This document shows, piece by piece, positions 63,079 to 64,000 of a stretch of 64,000 nt of DNA; positions within the stretch are counted from its first letter, which is position 1, and every line of letters starts with the position of its first letter. The notes below the pieces were generated by a model. It was not told the origin of the DNA. It did not search any database and saw only the letters and a program-made list of their open reading frames with translations. The DNA is from Selaginella moellendorffii. Taxonomy: Eukaryota > Plantae > Lycopodiophyta. The DNA lies in the NCBI RefSeq assembly GCF_000143415.4, contig NW_003314326.1, positions 62,001 to 126,000 on the forward strand, written 5' to 3'. The position numbers and the translations under genes were made by a program.

Positions 63079-64000
63079 TATAATCCACAAATTTTTCCTT
63101 TCCAATTTGCCAGCTTATCTCGTCTATCCAACCAATATTGCCTTGGCCTTAACTAAGTTTCCTTGCCAAGGTTCCCACCTATTGTACTAACTCCTACTTG
63201 GTCCTACTTGGTTTCAGCTACTCACTACACGAGCAACGGAGCGTTTGGTCCATAGATTCCCAAATCTCTCCTAATACTCCTCCCTGGGTTAGACTGGACT
63301 TAAGGTTCAGCTATACTCCCCGTAGGTACAAGTAGCCAAGCAGATTAAGCCTCCAGGTTCCTAACATCCCTTGGTACAACAAGACTTAATCATAGGAATC
63401 ATATTTGCTTTAGGATGCCGGGGGCAAACACCATGGCTTAACGGCTTGGTATGGGTACCTCTACCCCCCCCACTTCCATCCTGAAGCAAAGGCCTAAGCC
63501 CCTAGGAAGGGCAATGACCAATGAGTCGCAAGGTATTCAAGTGGGCCACCACTCCACATGAGCCGAGAGCATTGCAATCAATTTCCCTTCCGAAAGTGGG
63601 AGTTTCTCTTGATCACTTCCTTGGGGCCCTTTTGATACCACCCGAGTCCATGTTCACTCCCACCCAAGGCCCCTCGACCCTTGTCTCAACCTCAAGTCAA
63701 TTTGGAAGCACTACTGGAGAGTTCCTTCAAGACTAGTTCCTGGACCTCACTATCCCTACTATACTTTTGGAACTCCCTGTAGCCTCCCCCCCCCCCCCCT
63801 AGGAGACACATGCTTTGGGCTTTCACCCCTCGACTTGTATTAGTACTCAGACTCGGTCTCGGACTCGATCTTAGACCCGACCTCGGACTCGATCTCAGAC
63901 CCGACCTCGGACTCGGTCTCAAACTTGATCTCGGATTGGACCTCGGACCCAATCTCGGACTCGACCTCGGACTAGACCTCGGACCCAATCTCGGACTTGA
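63079..64000 (-). repeat. LTR family A, degenerate, runs off the window
   Basis: Homologous to 46376-47300. Confidence 0.88.

Overview
Eukaryotic, transposon-dense plant DNA. The very short 38-60 nt GT-AG introns, TTTAGGG repeats, chromoviruses and heavy C->T decay most resemble a lycophyte such as Selaginella (inference). Contents: (1) two inverted copies of a ~13.1-kb TIR DNA transposon (32794-45904 with both ends; 5216-14484 partial). It encodes a Sola-like DDD transposase and, divergently, one long multi-exon cargo gene that reads ParB/Srx-like domain - degenerate amino-methyltransferase-like fold - acidic linker - FCP1/NIF HAD phosphatase. About 25 copies of a 22-24 bp palindrome (AATGGCRTGWGGCCWCAYGCCATT) are spread over the element, several inside its introns, and I saw none outside it. 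This is the best candidate for an undescribed parS/ParB-like or anti-silencing system. (2) A Ty3/gypsy chromovirus whose integrase is interrupted by two spliceosomal introns, one of which is retained in a second copy. (3) A separate beta-class DNA amino-methyltransferase pseudogene divergent from a GCM-type transposase remnant. (4) Other LTR elements and solo LTRs, a CDKAL1 pseudogene, an F-box/cullin-like pseudogene, an apparently intact Crinkler-like NTPase-REase gene, and a 955-nt assembly gap. All domain calls are by motif recognition by eye; no database search was run.
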